Shown here: one piece after another, positions 27,762 to 36,210 of the stretch
Layout: each line of letters starts with the position of its first letter
How positions within the stretch are numbered: position 1 is the first letter of the stretch
Assembly: GCA_036741355.1 (NCBI GenBank)
Contig: DAINSK010000004.1
Coordinates: 65,289 to 129,288, forward strand
DNA: 64,000 bases
Source: Chloroflexota bacterium
GTDB lineage: Bacteria > Chloroflexota > Dehalococcoidia > CAUJGQ01
Direction: 5' to 3'
Notes under the pieces: model-generated
What the model saw: the letters and a program-made list of their open reading frames with translations, nothing else
The model's database searches: none
Told to the model about the DNA's origin: nothing
Translations under genes and position numbers: made by a program

Positions 27762-28232
27762 GTGCGACCTACCGCTTCCGAAGTCATCCGCGGCGTTAGC
27801 CGCAGCCTGTTCGACGAGATCCTACCCGAGTTGTCGTCGCCCTGGTCGCAGGCGCAGTTGCGCTATGCTCTGACCGCGCTGGATACGGTGGCCAATGAGT
27901 GGGATGCCGCGGTCGAAAATCTCGTCCGCGAAAATGCGCGACTGGAGGTCTTCTGCCGCTCCGCGGAGGAGGCTACGGTCGGTTTCCCCGATGAGAGGCT
28001 TGCGGCCATTGCACGTCCGCTCAGCGCCGTCCTCGAGTTGTCGCCGCCGCCGGACCTCCGTGTCGGCACCCTCTCCGAACGCAATAACGCGCTGTGGAGA
28101 GCTATCGAACCGCTGATCGAGTTCTTGGCCGCCACGGACGAAGGACCGAAGCGGGTAGTAGCCCTGCGCGCTGAGTTGCAATCGATGTTGCGTGACTACG
28201 TTATCGCGCGTCAGTATCGCAAGGGCGGCTAG
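27762..28232 (+). CDS. Hypothetical helical protein (also ends in Gly-Gly)
   Basis: GTG start 5 nt after the MoaD-like stop. 156 aa with no family recognised. C-terminus ...QYRKGG*. Confidence 0.45.
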   Translation: MRPTASEVIRGVSRSLFDEILPELSSPWSQAQLRYALTALDTVANEWDAAVENLVRENARLEVFCRSAEEATVGFPDERLAAIARPLSAVLELSPPPDLRVGTLSERNNALWRAIEPLIEFLAATDEGPKRVVALRAELQSMLRDYVIARQYRKGG

Positions 28233-28357
28233 TGTTCCGTCACTCGAATTCTGATGGTTTTCGCGCCCGATGCCACAAAGCAAACAAAGCACGGTAACAG
28301 TCAATTCCCCCGTGATGGAACACTGGCGGCGATTCCTCTTACCGGTTTACTCACAAA

Positions 28358-28705
28358 TTACGCCGTTACGAAGCGGCCGACTTTGTCCAGCAGATCGGTG
28401 AGCTCGAACGGCTTGGCAAGGCTGTCGTCTGCCTGCAGCTCCCGGCTGTAGCTTGCGACCTCGGTACCGGCGGTCATGACGATGATGGGCAAGTCTCGAA
28501 ACTCTTTCCGAGCCTCGCGAGCGAATTCGGGACCGTCCATGACGGGCATGTTGATGTCCAGCAGTACGACCGCGACTACGACTTCCCGCAGTCTCTCAAG
28601 CGCAACCCGGCCGTTGCGAGCGGTAGTTACGGCAATTCCTTCCGCTTCGAGCGCCATCCGGATGAAGCCAACGATGTCTGGATCGTCGTCCACAACCAGT
28701 ATCAA
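28358..28705 (-). CDS. Single-domain response regulator (CheY-like receiver), paralogue of 6905-7327
   Basis: TTG start with GGGAGGA RBS. ILVVDDDPDIVGFIRMALEAEG...LLDINMPVMDG...KPFELTDLL. Confidence 0.75.
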   Translation of the reverse strand: MILVVDDDPDIVGFIRMALEAEGIAVTTARNGRVALERLREVVVAVVLLDINMPVMDGPEFAREARKEFRDLPIIVMTAGTEVASYSRELQADDSLAKPFELTDLLDKVGRFVTA

Positions 28706-28889
28706 CGCGTCCTCCCGTCGCGAATCTGAGCCGCAATCGTGGCAAAGCCCACACTCGGTGCATTGGTAGGGTGCCGTCGATGCACGGACGGAACGTTACC
28801 ATCCCGTTTGCCGCGGGACAATGCACGCCGCTCGCAACTTTATGGCAACCTTGGCGACGACGAGGTGCGATGGAGGACCGTTTGACGGC

Positions 28890-29201
28890 CTAGTCCGAGT
28901 CCATGTAAGAGAGCGGAACGCGCATGCCGATAAGGAGCGCGCGGCGGGCTTCGGAGGTGGTTCGGGCTTCGCAGATTAGACAGATACCACCGGAAACAGT
29001 ATGCGTTTGGGTCGCAGGTATGTAGAAATAATCGCATACGGCGCAACGAGTCATGATGGACACCCCCGCTACTATCGCTCCTAATCGCTCATTGTGCACG
29101 GGAATGAAACGATATGCCGTGGAGATTACTGAATTAGCGTATTGCAGCCTCTCGGGGCTTACAAGGCCCAATCCATCGCTATTGTCTATCGCATGCATCA
29201 A
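28890..29201 (-). CDS. Hypothetical small Cys-containing protein in an AT-rich islet
   Basis: 103-aa ORF with A/T-rich third codon positions atypical for this genome. CAVCDYFY...CLICE. Confidence 0.2.
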   Translation of the reverse strand: MMHAIDNSDGLGLVSPERLQYANSVISTAYRFIPVHNERLGAIVAGVSIMTRCAVCDYFYIPATQTHTVSGGICLICEARTTSEARRALLIGMRVPLSYMDSD

Positions 29202-29273
29202 AATTCGTCACTGAGCGTCCCATTACGGCTACACTGCGAGCGTGGCAGTGATCTGCGGCGAACGGAGCGTGCA

Positions 29274-29780
29274 ATGTCGGACGAGACCCGGCGTCTAATC
29301 CGCGAGTTACAGCAGGCGATGAATCAAACGCTGGACAGCCTGTACGACCTGGCTGATGCGAAGCTCGACGAGGCATGCACCCACCCGTGCGGACGTGGGC
29401 CCGGACAGACGGCGTCGCTCTGGCACCTGTTGGCGAACGACATCGACCACGAAAAAATGCATGCCGCGCAGATTCTCTCTACCCGTCACGATCTGCGCCT
29501 GATGCAGACCCAGACCCAACGTCTCCTTGCTGGCTGGTTGCAGGAACGCGCGGCGCTCATAGGATCGTTGATCGGTTTGCCCGATGAGGCATTGGACAGC
29601 CGCGTGAAGGGCGAGTGGAGCATTCGAGAGGCGGTGGAGCACACGATGTTCTGGGAGCGAGACTCTATCCAGGCGGGTCTGCAGGATATTGCCGGGGGCG
29701 GACCCTGGCGTGCCGATCCCGGTCTAGAATACGGCGGCCCCGTACCGCGGCAGGCCGTCTCGGCATTCAAGGAATCATGA
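29274..29780 (+). CDS. DinB/YfiT-like (DinB_2) family metal-dependent protein
   Basis: ATG 29274 with GGAGCG RBS. Four-helix-bundle DinB_2-like pattern with His-containing motifs (LWHLLANDIDHEKMHAAQI). Confidence 0.6.
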   Translation: MSDETRRLIRELQQAMNQTLDSLYDLADAKLDEACTHPCGRGPGQTASLWHLLANDIDHEKMHAAQILSTRHDLRLMQTQTQRLLAGWLQERAALIGSLIGLPDEALDSRVKGEWSIREAVEHTMFWERDSIQAGLQDIAGGGPWRADPGLEYGGPVPRQAVSAFKES

Positions 29781-29788
29781 GCGGGGCT

Positions 29789-29958
29789 CCTAACCCTCGT
29801 CTCCCTTCCCGGTGCGGGAAGGGACGATATTTGGAAGCAGGGGTCCGGCCCGGTGGTGGTTCGGATTGGATGCATTGCCATGCGCCCCTACGGCAGTTGC
29901 AGCAACGGGACTCGTAGCAAGCTCCCCTTCCCTCTCAGGGAAGGGGACGGGGGTTAGG
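29789..29958. repeat. MITE-like element copy A: two inverted ~38-bp GC-rich hairpin arms with conserved outer end CCTAACCC(C/T)CGTC(C/T)CC flanking a ~95-bp spacer
   Basis: Left arm CCTAACCCTCGTCTCCCTTCCCGGTGCGGGAAGGGACG (29789-29826). Right arm CTCCCCTTCCCTCTCAGGGAAGGGGACGGGGGTTAGG (29923-29958) is its near reverse complement. Each arm contains its own internal hairpin. Confidence 0.5.
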
Positions 29959-30702
29959 TGTGACGGCGCGGGCAGCGATCGCTGCGATCGTATCCGGCTG
30001 GGCGCGGACGGTGCCGCAGTGCGGGCAAAAGTGCCAACTCGCGCGCAAGGGTTTGTGGCAGTCAGCGCAGCGTTTGGCAGCGCCGGGTACGCCGCGCACC
30101 GCGGCTATCGCTGCCGTGGCTTTCTCCAGAGTGACTCCCTGTCGGGCGAGGCTACTGACCATTTGAATATCGGAGAGGCGTAGAACGGCCAGAAGAAGGT
30201 GCTCGGTGCCGATGCTTGGATCGTGCCAGCGTCGGGCTTCATTCTTCGCCAGGCCGGCGAAGCGGCGGCCGCTTACCGCGCGGGACAGCACCGATACATT
30301 GAGCATCAGCGGACGGAGGGTCGGTTCGTTGACCCCCAAGCCGCGGAGGACGCGGGCTCCGAGGCCGTCGTCTGACCTTGCGAGCGCAAGCAGCACGTGC
30401 TCGGGATAGAGTACGGCATAGTCGGAAAGTTGCCAGGCGGCGAGCACGACCTGTGCAGCTTCCGTCGTGCAGATCTGCAGCCGCCATCCGGGCGGCGACG
30501 CCACCGCGCTCGCCGGAGGCGCGATACCGGGTGGCAGCACTTTGCCGATATAGCGGCTGACGGTGCGGGCCTTCACCTTCCAAAACACATACCAGTAGGG
30601 CCCGTGTCCGCCCTTGCGGTCGCAGGTCTTACACCCTTGCTTCCCGCAGCGCACAAGCTGCGGGCGGTAGGAGCGTCCCTCGAAGCTGAACGATGCGTCC
30701 AC
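29935..30702 (-). CDS. Clp N-terminal (Clp_N repeat) domain protein flanked by zinc-ribbon-like motifs
   Basis: Two Clp_N repeats (EHVLLALARSDDGLGARVLRGLGV, TEHLLLAVLRLSD). N-terminal CGKQGCKTCDRKGGHGPYWY and C-terminal CADCHK...CPHCG Cys clusters. The 3' end overlaps repeat copy A. Confidence 0.6.
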   Translation of the reverse strand: MDASFSFEGRSYRPQLVRCGKQGCKTCDRKGGHGPYWYVFWKVKARTVSRYIGKVLPPGIAPPASAVASPPGWRLQICTTEAAQVVLAAWQLSDYAVLYPEHVLLALARSDDGLGARVLRGLGVNEPTLRPLMLNVSVLSRAVSGRRFAGLAKNEARRWHDPSIGTEHLLLAVLRLSDIQMVSSLARQGVTLEKATAAIAAVRGVPGAAKRCADCHKPLRASWHFCPHCGTVRAQPDTIAAIAARAVTPNPRPLP

Positions 30703-30854
30703 GTACGTATCCGATTTCTGACGTCCGGCCCGCGGCGCAAAGCACCATCACCGGGTTTGCGTGTATCCGGATAATAGCAGCCTGCGGAGCGCTGTCCATC
30801 CCGCGGCAAACTCGATGTAGCGATTCCGGCAACGTGCTGGAGGCTACTCCTCGA

Positions 30855-31100
30855 TTACAGGCCGGGCTCCGGGATCGTTACCAGGCTGGTTGTGCTCTCG
30901 ATGCCGTCGATTCTGCGTATGCCTTCGCCGAGGATCGGCGGCATCTCGGATAGGTCGCTGACTTCGATTTCGACGACGATATCGTACGGTCCCATGACTT
31001 CGTACGAGGCTTTGACCGCCTCGATGTTACGAATCTTCGCGAGCACCTCGGTGGTCATCACCGGATCGGTCACGATCAGCACATAAGCTTTGATAGCCAC
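30855..31100 (-). CDS. Stand-alone Lrp/AsnC ligand-binding (RAM) domain protein
   Basis: GTG start with GAGGAG RBS. 81 aa ...VLIVTDPVMTTEVLAKIRNIEAVKASYEVMGPYDIVVEIEV... is typical of the AsnC C-terminal domain without the HTH. Confidence 0.65.
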   Translation of the reverse strand: MAIKAYVLIVTDPVMTTEVLAKIRNIEAVKASYEVMGPYDIVVEIEVSDLSEMPPILGEGIRRIDGIESTTSLVTIPEPGL

Positions 31101-31226
31101 GAAATACTCCTCTTTCCGTCCGCGCCCGACCCGGCAGCCGCAGTGTCGCCGCGGCAGGTGGGCTCGTCAAGTCCCCTCATGGTATGCTCCGGCCATGTTG
31201 AAACGTGAGATCGATTGGAGCCCGCG

Positions 31227-32069
31227 ATGAAGCTAGCGCGAATTGCACGCGACGGCTCGGCGGTCGTGGTCCTGCGAGGAAGCACTGACGCGGTTGCAAC
31301 CGTCGACGGGCGGACGTTCGACGATCTACCTGAGCTCCTGGCGGCCGCCGGTGGTGAAGCGTCGAAGATCGTACCTGGTCAGCATGTAACCGTTCGTGAC
31401 GCAGATCTGCTGAGCCCGGTGGCACGACCGCGGAAGCTGGTCTGTATCGGCCTCAACTACCGTGCCCATGCAGAGGAGTCGGGCGCGGAACTACCTCGGA
31501 AACCGATAATCTTTCCCAAGTGGGACAACTGCATTACCGGGCCGTTCGACGACATCCCACTTCCGCCAGAGTCGAAGGCCGTCGACTGGGAGTCTGAGCT
31601 GGCCTTCGTGTTCGGCAGGCAGTGCCGGCGCGTTAAGGCCGCGGACGCCGCTTCGGTCGTGTTCGGTTTTACGGCCGCCAACGACGTTTCGATGCGCGAT
31701 TACCAGTTCCACACTTCGCAATGGGGGCCGGGAAAATGTTGGGACCGATCCACACCGCTAGGACCTGTCGTCGTTACACCGGAGGAAGTCGGCGGCGCGC
31801 CGCCTGACCTCGCGATTCGAGGCTTTCTAAACGGTAAAATGGAACAAGACAGCCGTACGAACGATCTGATCTTTGGCGTGGGCGAGCTGGTGGAGTACAT
31901 CACGTCCATCATGACCATGGAACCTGGCGACATCGTCCTCACCGGCACGCCCTCGGGCGTGGGCAGCGGACACAAGCCGCGGCTCTATCTCAAGGATGGC
32001 GATGTGTACGAAGTCTCGATCGAGGGGATTGGCAGCCTGCGCAACCGGTTCGTCGCCGAGGTTAGTTGA
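31227..32069 (+). CDS. Fumarylacetoacetate hydrolase (FAH) family protein
   Basis: KLVCIGLNYRAHAEE...ESELAFVFG...GDIVLTGTPSGVG FAH-family motifs. ATG 31227 with GGAG RBS. Confidence 0.85.
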   Translation: MKLARIARDGSAVVVLRGSTDAVATVDGRTFDDLPELLAAAGGEASKIVPGQHVTVRDADLLSPVARPRKLVCIGLNYRAHAEESGAELPRKPIIFPKWDNCITGPFDDIPLPPESKAVDWESELAFVFGRQCRRVKAADAASVVFGFTAANDVSMRDYQFHTSQWGPGKCWDRSTPLGPVVVTPEEVGGAPPDLAIRGFLNGKMEQDSRTNDLIFGVGELVEYITSIMTMEPGDIVLTGTPSGVGSGHKPRLYLKDGDVYEVSIEGIGSLRNRFVAEVS

Positions 32070-32107
32070 TTCCTGTCTCCCGTAGCGGTTACGGAGGACC
32101 GCAGTAC

Positions 32108-32959
32108 ATGACCACGCATTCGAAACACGTCTACGATGTGGAAGACGCAACGTTTCAGGCGGCCGTTATCGACCGATCGCACACCGTTCCGGTGGTCGTC
32201 GACTTTTGGGCACCGTGGTGCGGACCGTGCCGGCAACTAGGACCGTTGCTGGAGCGGCTCGCCGATCAGTACGACGGCCAGTTTGAGCTGGCAAAGCTAA
32301 ACACCGATGAGAATCCAAGTACGTCCCAGGCCTTTCACATCGAAGGGATCCCGGCGGTAAAGGCGTTCAAAGACGGCCGCATGGTCACAGAGTTCACCGG
32401 AGCCCTGCCGGAATCCCAGGTTCGGGCGTTTCTGACGCGTATCCTGCCATCAGAAGCCGACCGCATGGCTCAGCGCGCCGACGAACTGGCCGCCGCAGGA
32501 CACGTAAACGCCGCCGAAGACAGCTATCGCGAAGCGCTGTCGAAACAGGCAGTGCACTCGGGCGCGGCCGTGGGGCTGGCGCGCCTGCTGGCGAACCGTG
32601 GCGAAGAAGACGAGGCGCTACGCATTCTCTCGCCCTATCCCAATGACGCATCTGCAAACCAGTTACGCGCCGAAATCGGGCTGCGAAAGGCAAACGGCAG
32701 CACGGACCGCAAGGAGCTGGAAGAGCGCCTGGCTGCCGATCCGAAAGACGTTGAGGCCAACTATCAGCTTGGCATGGCGCGGGCTGCCGAGGGTGACTAC
32801 GAGCCCGCGTTCGAGCACATGCTGGCTGTGGTGCGCCTGGACCGCGGGTACGGGGAAGACGCCGGGCGCAAGGCGATGCTCGATCTGTTCAATCTGTTGG
32901 GCGACGAGAGCCCGCTAACACAGAGATACCGAAAACAGCTTTCGTACCTGCTGTTTTAG
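32108..32959 (+). CDS. Thioredoxin-domain protein with C-terminal TPR region (YbbN/CnoX-like)
   Basis: WCGPC active site in an N-terminal thioredoxin fold, followed by a helical TPR-like C-terminus. ATG 32108 with GGAGGA RBS. Confidence 0.8.
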   Translation: MTTHSKHVYDVEDATFQAAVIDRSHTVPVVVDFWAPWCGPCRQLGPLLERLADQYDGQFELAKLNTDENPSTSQAFHIEGIPAVKAFKDGRMVTEFTGALPESQVRAFLTRILPSEADRMAQRADELAAAGHVNAAEDSYREALSKQAVHSGAAVGLARLLANRGEEDEALRILSPYPNDASANQLRAEIGLRKANGSTDRKELEERLAADPKDVEANYQLGMARAAEGDYEPAFEHMLAVVRLDRGYGEDAGRKAMLDLFNLLGDESPLTQRYRKQLSYLLF

Positions 32960-32963
32960 GGTT

Positions 32964-33995
32964 TCATTCCTGTCCGAGGGCGCGCAGCATCAGCGCGTGT
33001 GCGGCGTCAGCCGGCCCGGCGCGTCCGTTGACAACGGCCTCGACCTGGGCTGTTATCGGAAGCTCGATGTTCAGTCGGGCGGCGAGCATCAGCGCCGCCG
33101 TCGTCGTCGCCGCGCCCTCGGCAATGTGTCCGCCCGCCGATATGGCTTCCGCCAGAGGAACGCCTTTGCCCAGGGCCACCCCGAGCGAGTAATTCCGGCT
33201 CGCCGCGCTGGCAACTGTCGTCATTAAATCGCCAAGTCCCGCCAGACCCGCCAGCGTCCGCTCATAGCCTCCTGCAGCCATGGCCAGGCGAGTCATCTCG
33301 GCTAGTCCACGCGTGATCAGCCCTGCGCGGGCGTTGTGACCGTAGCCCAGGCCGTCGCAAATGCCACAGGCGATGGCGATCACGTTTTTGAGGGCCCCTC
33401 CTAGCTCGACGCCGGGCTGATCGTCGCTCGTATACACGCGAAGTTTGTTCGATGAGATGAGTGCCTGGACGCGGACCGCGGACGCACGGGCACCCGGTGG
33501 ACCCGCTACGACCGTGGCCGCTGGTAGTCCAGCGACAATCTCGCCCGACAGATTGGGACCCGATAGCGTCAGCGGGTCCCTGATGCGGTCTCCACCGGCT
33601 TCGGTAATGACTTCGGACATGCGCAGACCCGTCTGCAGCTCAATGCCTTTGCTGGCGCACAGCACGATGGTTCCGGGCTGTAACCAGGTCCAAAGCTGTT
33701 GGACATTCGTCCGCGTCTGCTGCGCTGGCACCGCCAGTACGAGTAGCTCAGCCGATGCCACCGCCCGGGCCGGATCAGCGGAAATCATGAGCGATTCAGG
33801 CAGGGCAACGCCCGGCAGAAAACGCCGGTTCTCCCGCCGCGTCGCAAGCTCGCCGGCTTCCGCTTCCGTTCGAGCGAGGAGTGTCGTCTCGCCGCCGCAG
33901 CGGCTAAGGAGGATGGACAGCGCGGTGCCCCAGGCGCCTGTTCCCGCCACGGTGACAGTACGAATAGGGATCGACTCCGTTCGTTCGTCGGGCAT
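32964..33995 (-). CDS. gpsA: NAD(P)H-dependent glycerol-3-phosphate dehydrogenase
   Basis: VAGTGAWGTALS Rossmann motif and GpsA-typical C-terminal region. 343 aa. Confidence 0.9.
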   Translation of the reverse strand: MPDERTESIPIRTVTVAGTGAWGTALSILLSRCGGETTLLARTEAEAGELATRRENRRFLPGVALPESLMISADPARAVASAELLVLAVPAQQTRTNVQQLWTWLQPGTIVLCASKGIELQTGLRMSEVITEAGGDRIRDPLTLSGPNLSGEIVAGLPAATVVAGPPGARASAVRVQALISSNKLRVYTSDDQPGVELGGALKNVIAIACGICDGLGYGHNARAGLITRGLAEMTRLAMAAGGYERTLAGLAGLGDLMTTVASAASRNYSLGVALGKGVPLAEAISAGGHIAEGAATTTAALMLAARLNIELPITAQVEAVVNGRAGPADAAHALMLRALGQE

Positions 33996-34032
33996 GCGCC
34001 TCGCTTCGTCTCACCTTGGATCTGTTGGCGGT

Positions 34033-35031
34033 TTACTCTCGGGCGCTTCCAACGAGCGCGTAGTGGGGCCGCTCTTCCCACTCGGCATCGGGCGGATTCT
34101 CCTGCGCGCCGATGGCTGCTTTACGCTCATCCTCTTCGATCGTCTTCGCCTCTTGCTTTACGGCCTCGCGACGTTCGTGCTCGGCGATTTTCGTGGCTTC
34201 AGGTGCCGCGGTCTCCTTGCGGATGCCGGGCTCGATAACCAGGCGTCCCTCCTGCTCCAGTTGCCTGAGGTGGGCCTGGACATTGCTGTCGGCGGCACGG
34301 CGCAGCCGAGGATTTACGTCAGTATAGATTTTGAGCATGAGGTCCCAACTCGTCTGTTCGGGACGTTCTTCCAAAGCAGCCAGGATCTGGCGTTCTCGCT
34401 CGTTGCGATGGGCGATGTACATCTCGATCCGTTGCCGAGGGTCGTTCACCACTTGCCCATGTCCGGGGCAGATGACGTCGATCTTTGGCAGTTCCCGGAG
34501 CCGCTGCAGGCTGCGCCGGTATTGACCGAGGTCGTGAACGGTGGTCGTGCTGCTGCCGAGCAGCGTATCGCCGCTGAACAATACGCCTTCTTCCTCCAGG
34601 TAGAAGCAAATGGAGTCCGGCGAGTGCCCGGGCGTCATCAACACCTGGACACGCACGCCGCCGTCCAGGTTGATCACCTGGCCCTCTTCGAGCGTCCTCA
34701 CGCCGTCTTCCGGGAGACGCTCTTCAAGCAACGGTTTGCCGGTCTCGGTTACCAGCACGTCCGCCTTGAGTGCCTCTCGCATCCACTTCAGGTTACCGCT
34801 GTGGTCGAGGTGGAAGTGCGTAATCCCGGCAAGTGCAATCTCAGCGCGCTCGGTCGCGGCAAGGTAGCCGCGCAACATCCAGCGATATCGGTCGATAGCC
34901 TCGCCCGAGTCGATCGTCAAAGCCTCGCCGCCACCGGCTTTGCCCACGAGGTAAATGGACGTGAACAACGGGTGCATCGGGTTTTCGTCGGGCACCTGGA
35001 CGGCGCGTACGCTCGGACTTATCTGCACCAC
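34033..35031 (-). CDS. MBL-fold metallo-hydrolase with charged C-terminal extension
   Basis: ITHFHLDHSGN (HxHxDH) motif. GTG start with GGGAG RBS. Confidence 0.8.
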   Translation of the reverse strand: MVQISPSVRAVQVPDENPMHPLFTSIYLVGKAGGGEALTIDSGEAIDRYRWMLRGYLAATERAEIALAGITHFHLDHSGNLKWMREALKADVLVTETGKPLLEERLPEDGVRTLEEGQVINLDGGVRVQVLMTPGHSPDSICFYLEEEGVLFSGDTLLGSSTTTVHDLGQYRRSLQRLRELPKIDVICPGHGQVVNDPRQRIEMYIAHRNERERQILAALEERPEQTSWDLMLKIYTDVNPRLRRAADSNVQAHLRQLEQEGRLVIEPGIRKETAAPEATKIAEHERREAVKQEAKTIEEDERKAAIGAQENPPDAEWEERPHYALVGSARE

Positions 35032-35072
35032 CGTAACTCCCGTATCTCAAGCCGGGCCATTCCTGAAGTCGG

Positions 35073-35936
35073 TCAATCCCTGAAAGGCTCGAAGTGCCGC
35101 TTCCTGCGCTCAAAGCGCGTATAGCCGGTGTACCCGGCTTCGCGGGCTGCGGTCATCGCCAGGTCGAACGCCTGGCCGAGCCGTTCGGGCACGTGGGCGT
35201 CGGACGCCAACGTCACCGGAATGCCGGCTCGATTTGCAGCGCGGAGCAGCGCCGGCGACGGGTAAAGCTCGGCTACGGGTTTGCGCAGTCCATTGGTGTT
35301 GATCTCCAGTGCGCAGCCGCCCCGGACCGCGGCCGCAACGATCTCATCGTGCCATGGCCGGAAGCTGACCGGCTTGTGGCCGAAGATTTTGGGGACGTCG
35401 GGGTGCGCGAGCACGTCTGCAAGACCGCTGTCCGCGAGTTCGCCGATCATCCGGCCGTATTCAGCAAAAACGGTGTCTGCGTCACGCCTGTCCCATTCGT
35501 CGAGGTTCTCTTCTTCGTCGAAGCCGAACGCGCCGACCCAATGGACTGAACCCAATACGACATCCCAGGCATATGGTGCCAGGATTCCGCGAAGAACGTC
35601 GGCTTTGCCGGGGATCCAGTCCATCTCCATGCCGAGGAATACCGGTAAACCCTCGCTCTTCGCCTGTTCGATAAGCGACACGTAGTTGCTCAACGAAAGG
35701 TTGACGTGGTCGCGCCAGTACGCGGCAGCCGCGCCGGCCATGTGCGGATTTGGGTCGGCGTCCCACCAGCCCTGCAGCAGGTCGTACGCCTCGTGAAAGC
35801 GGAAGAGGTGTTCGGTGAAGACGACGCCGTCCAGCCCGTTTGCAAAGGCAGTATCGACGTAGAGCTGAATTCGCTCGCGGTCAACCGGGGGCTGCTCGCC
35901 GTGCGGCTGCAGATGGACGTGTGCGTCGACAAGCAT
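35073..35936 (-). CDS. PHP-domain histidinol-phosphatase (HisJ family)
   Basis: MLVDAHVHLQPHG... is a PHP N-terminal HxH motif. HisJ-like length (287 aa). Confidence 0.8.
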   Translation of the reverse strand: MLVDAHVHLQPHGEQPPVDRERIQLYVDTAFANGLDGVVFTEHLFRFHEAYDLLQGWWDADPNPHMAGAAAAYWRDHVNLSLSNYVSLIEQAKSEGLPVFLGMEMDWIPGKADVLRGILAPYAWDVVLGSVHWVGAFGFDEEENLDEWDRRDADTVFAEYGRMIGELADSGLADVLAHPDVPKIFGHKPVSFRPWHDEIVAAAVRGGCALEINTNGLRKPVAELYPSPALLRAANRAGIPVTLASDAHVPERLGQAFDLAMTAAREAGYTGYTRFERRKRHFEPFRD

Positions 35937-35962
35937 TGATTTCCTCGCGCGGGTTCGGTGGC

Positions 35963-36203
35963 GGGGACCTCACCCCCTACCCCTCTCCATTGGCTGGCGC
36001 CAACGGAGAGGGGCGATTTCCGGTTACAGGTAGCGGGCTTGGATGTAGCGCGGGAACACTCGCCGTGGCCCGCGGTCGGCGCTCTCGATGGCCCGCCTTC
36101 GGAAATGGATCCCGCGGAACGGCCGCCCCGGTCCGATCAGCACACAAAGATCGCCCCCTCTCCATCGCATCGCGATGGAGAGGGGGACGGGGGGTGAGGT
36201 CTC
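35963..36203. repeat. MITE-like element copy B: inverted ~50-bp hairpin arms (outer end CCTCACCCC..CCCC, inner hairpin CCCTCTCCAT...ATGGAGAGGG) flanking a ~135-bp spacer
   Basis: Left arm 35963-36015 (GGGGACCTCACCCCCTACCCCTCTCCATTGGCTGGCGCCAACGGAGAGGGG). Right arm 36152-36203 (CGCCCCCTCTCCATCGCATCGCGATGGAGAGGGGGACGGGGGGTGAGGTCTC). Intergenic between hisJ-like and the SBP gene. Confidence 0.5.
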
Positions 36204-36210
36204 GCCGGGC

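Noticed and set aside
33445-35124. 559-aa plus-strand ORF
   Set aside because: Antisense to gpsA, the MBL hydrolase and hisJ-like genes, which have clear family motifs. The product is Ser/Arg/Ala-rich low complexity.
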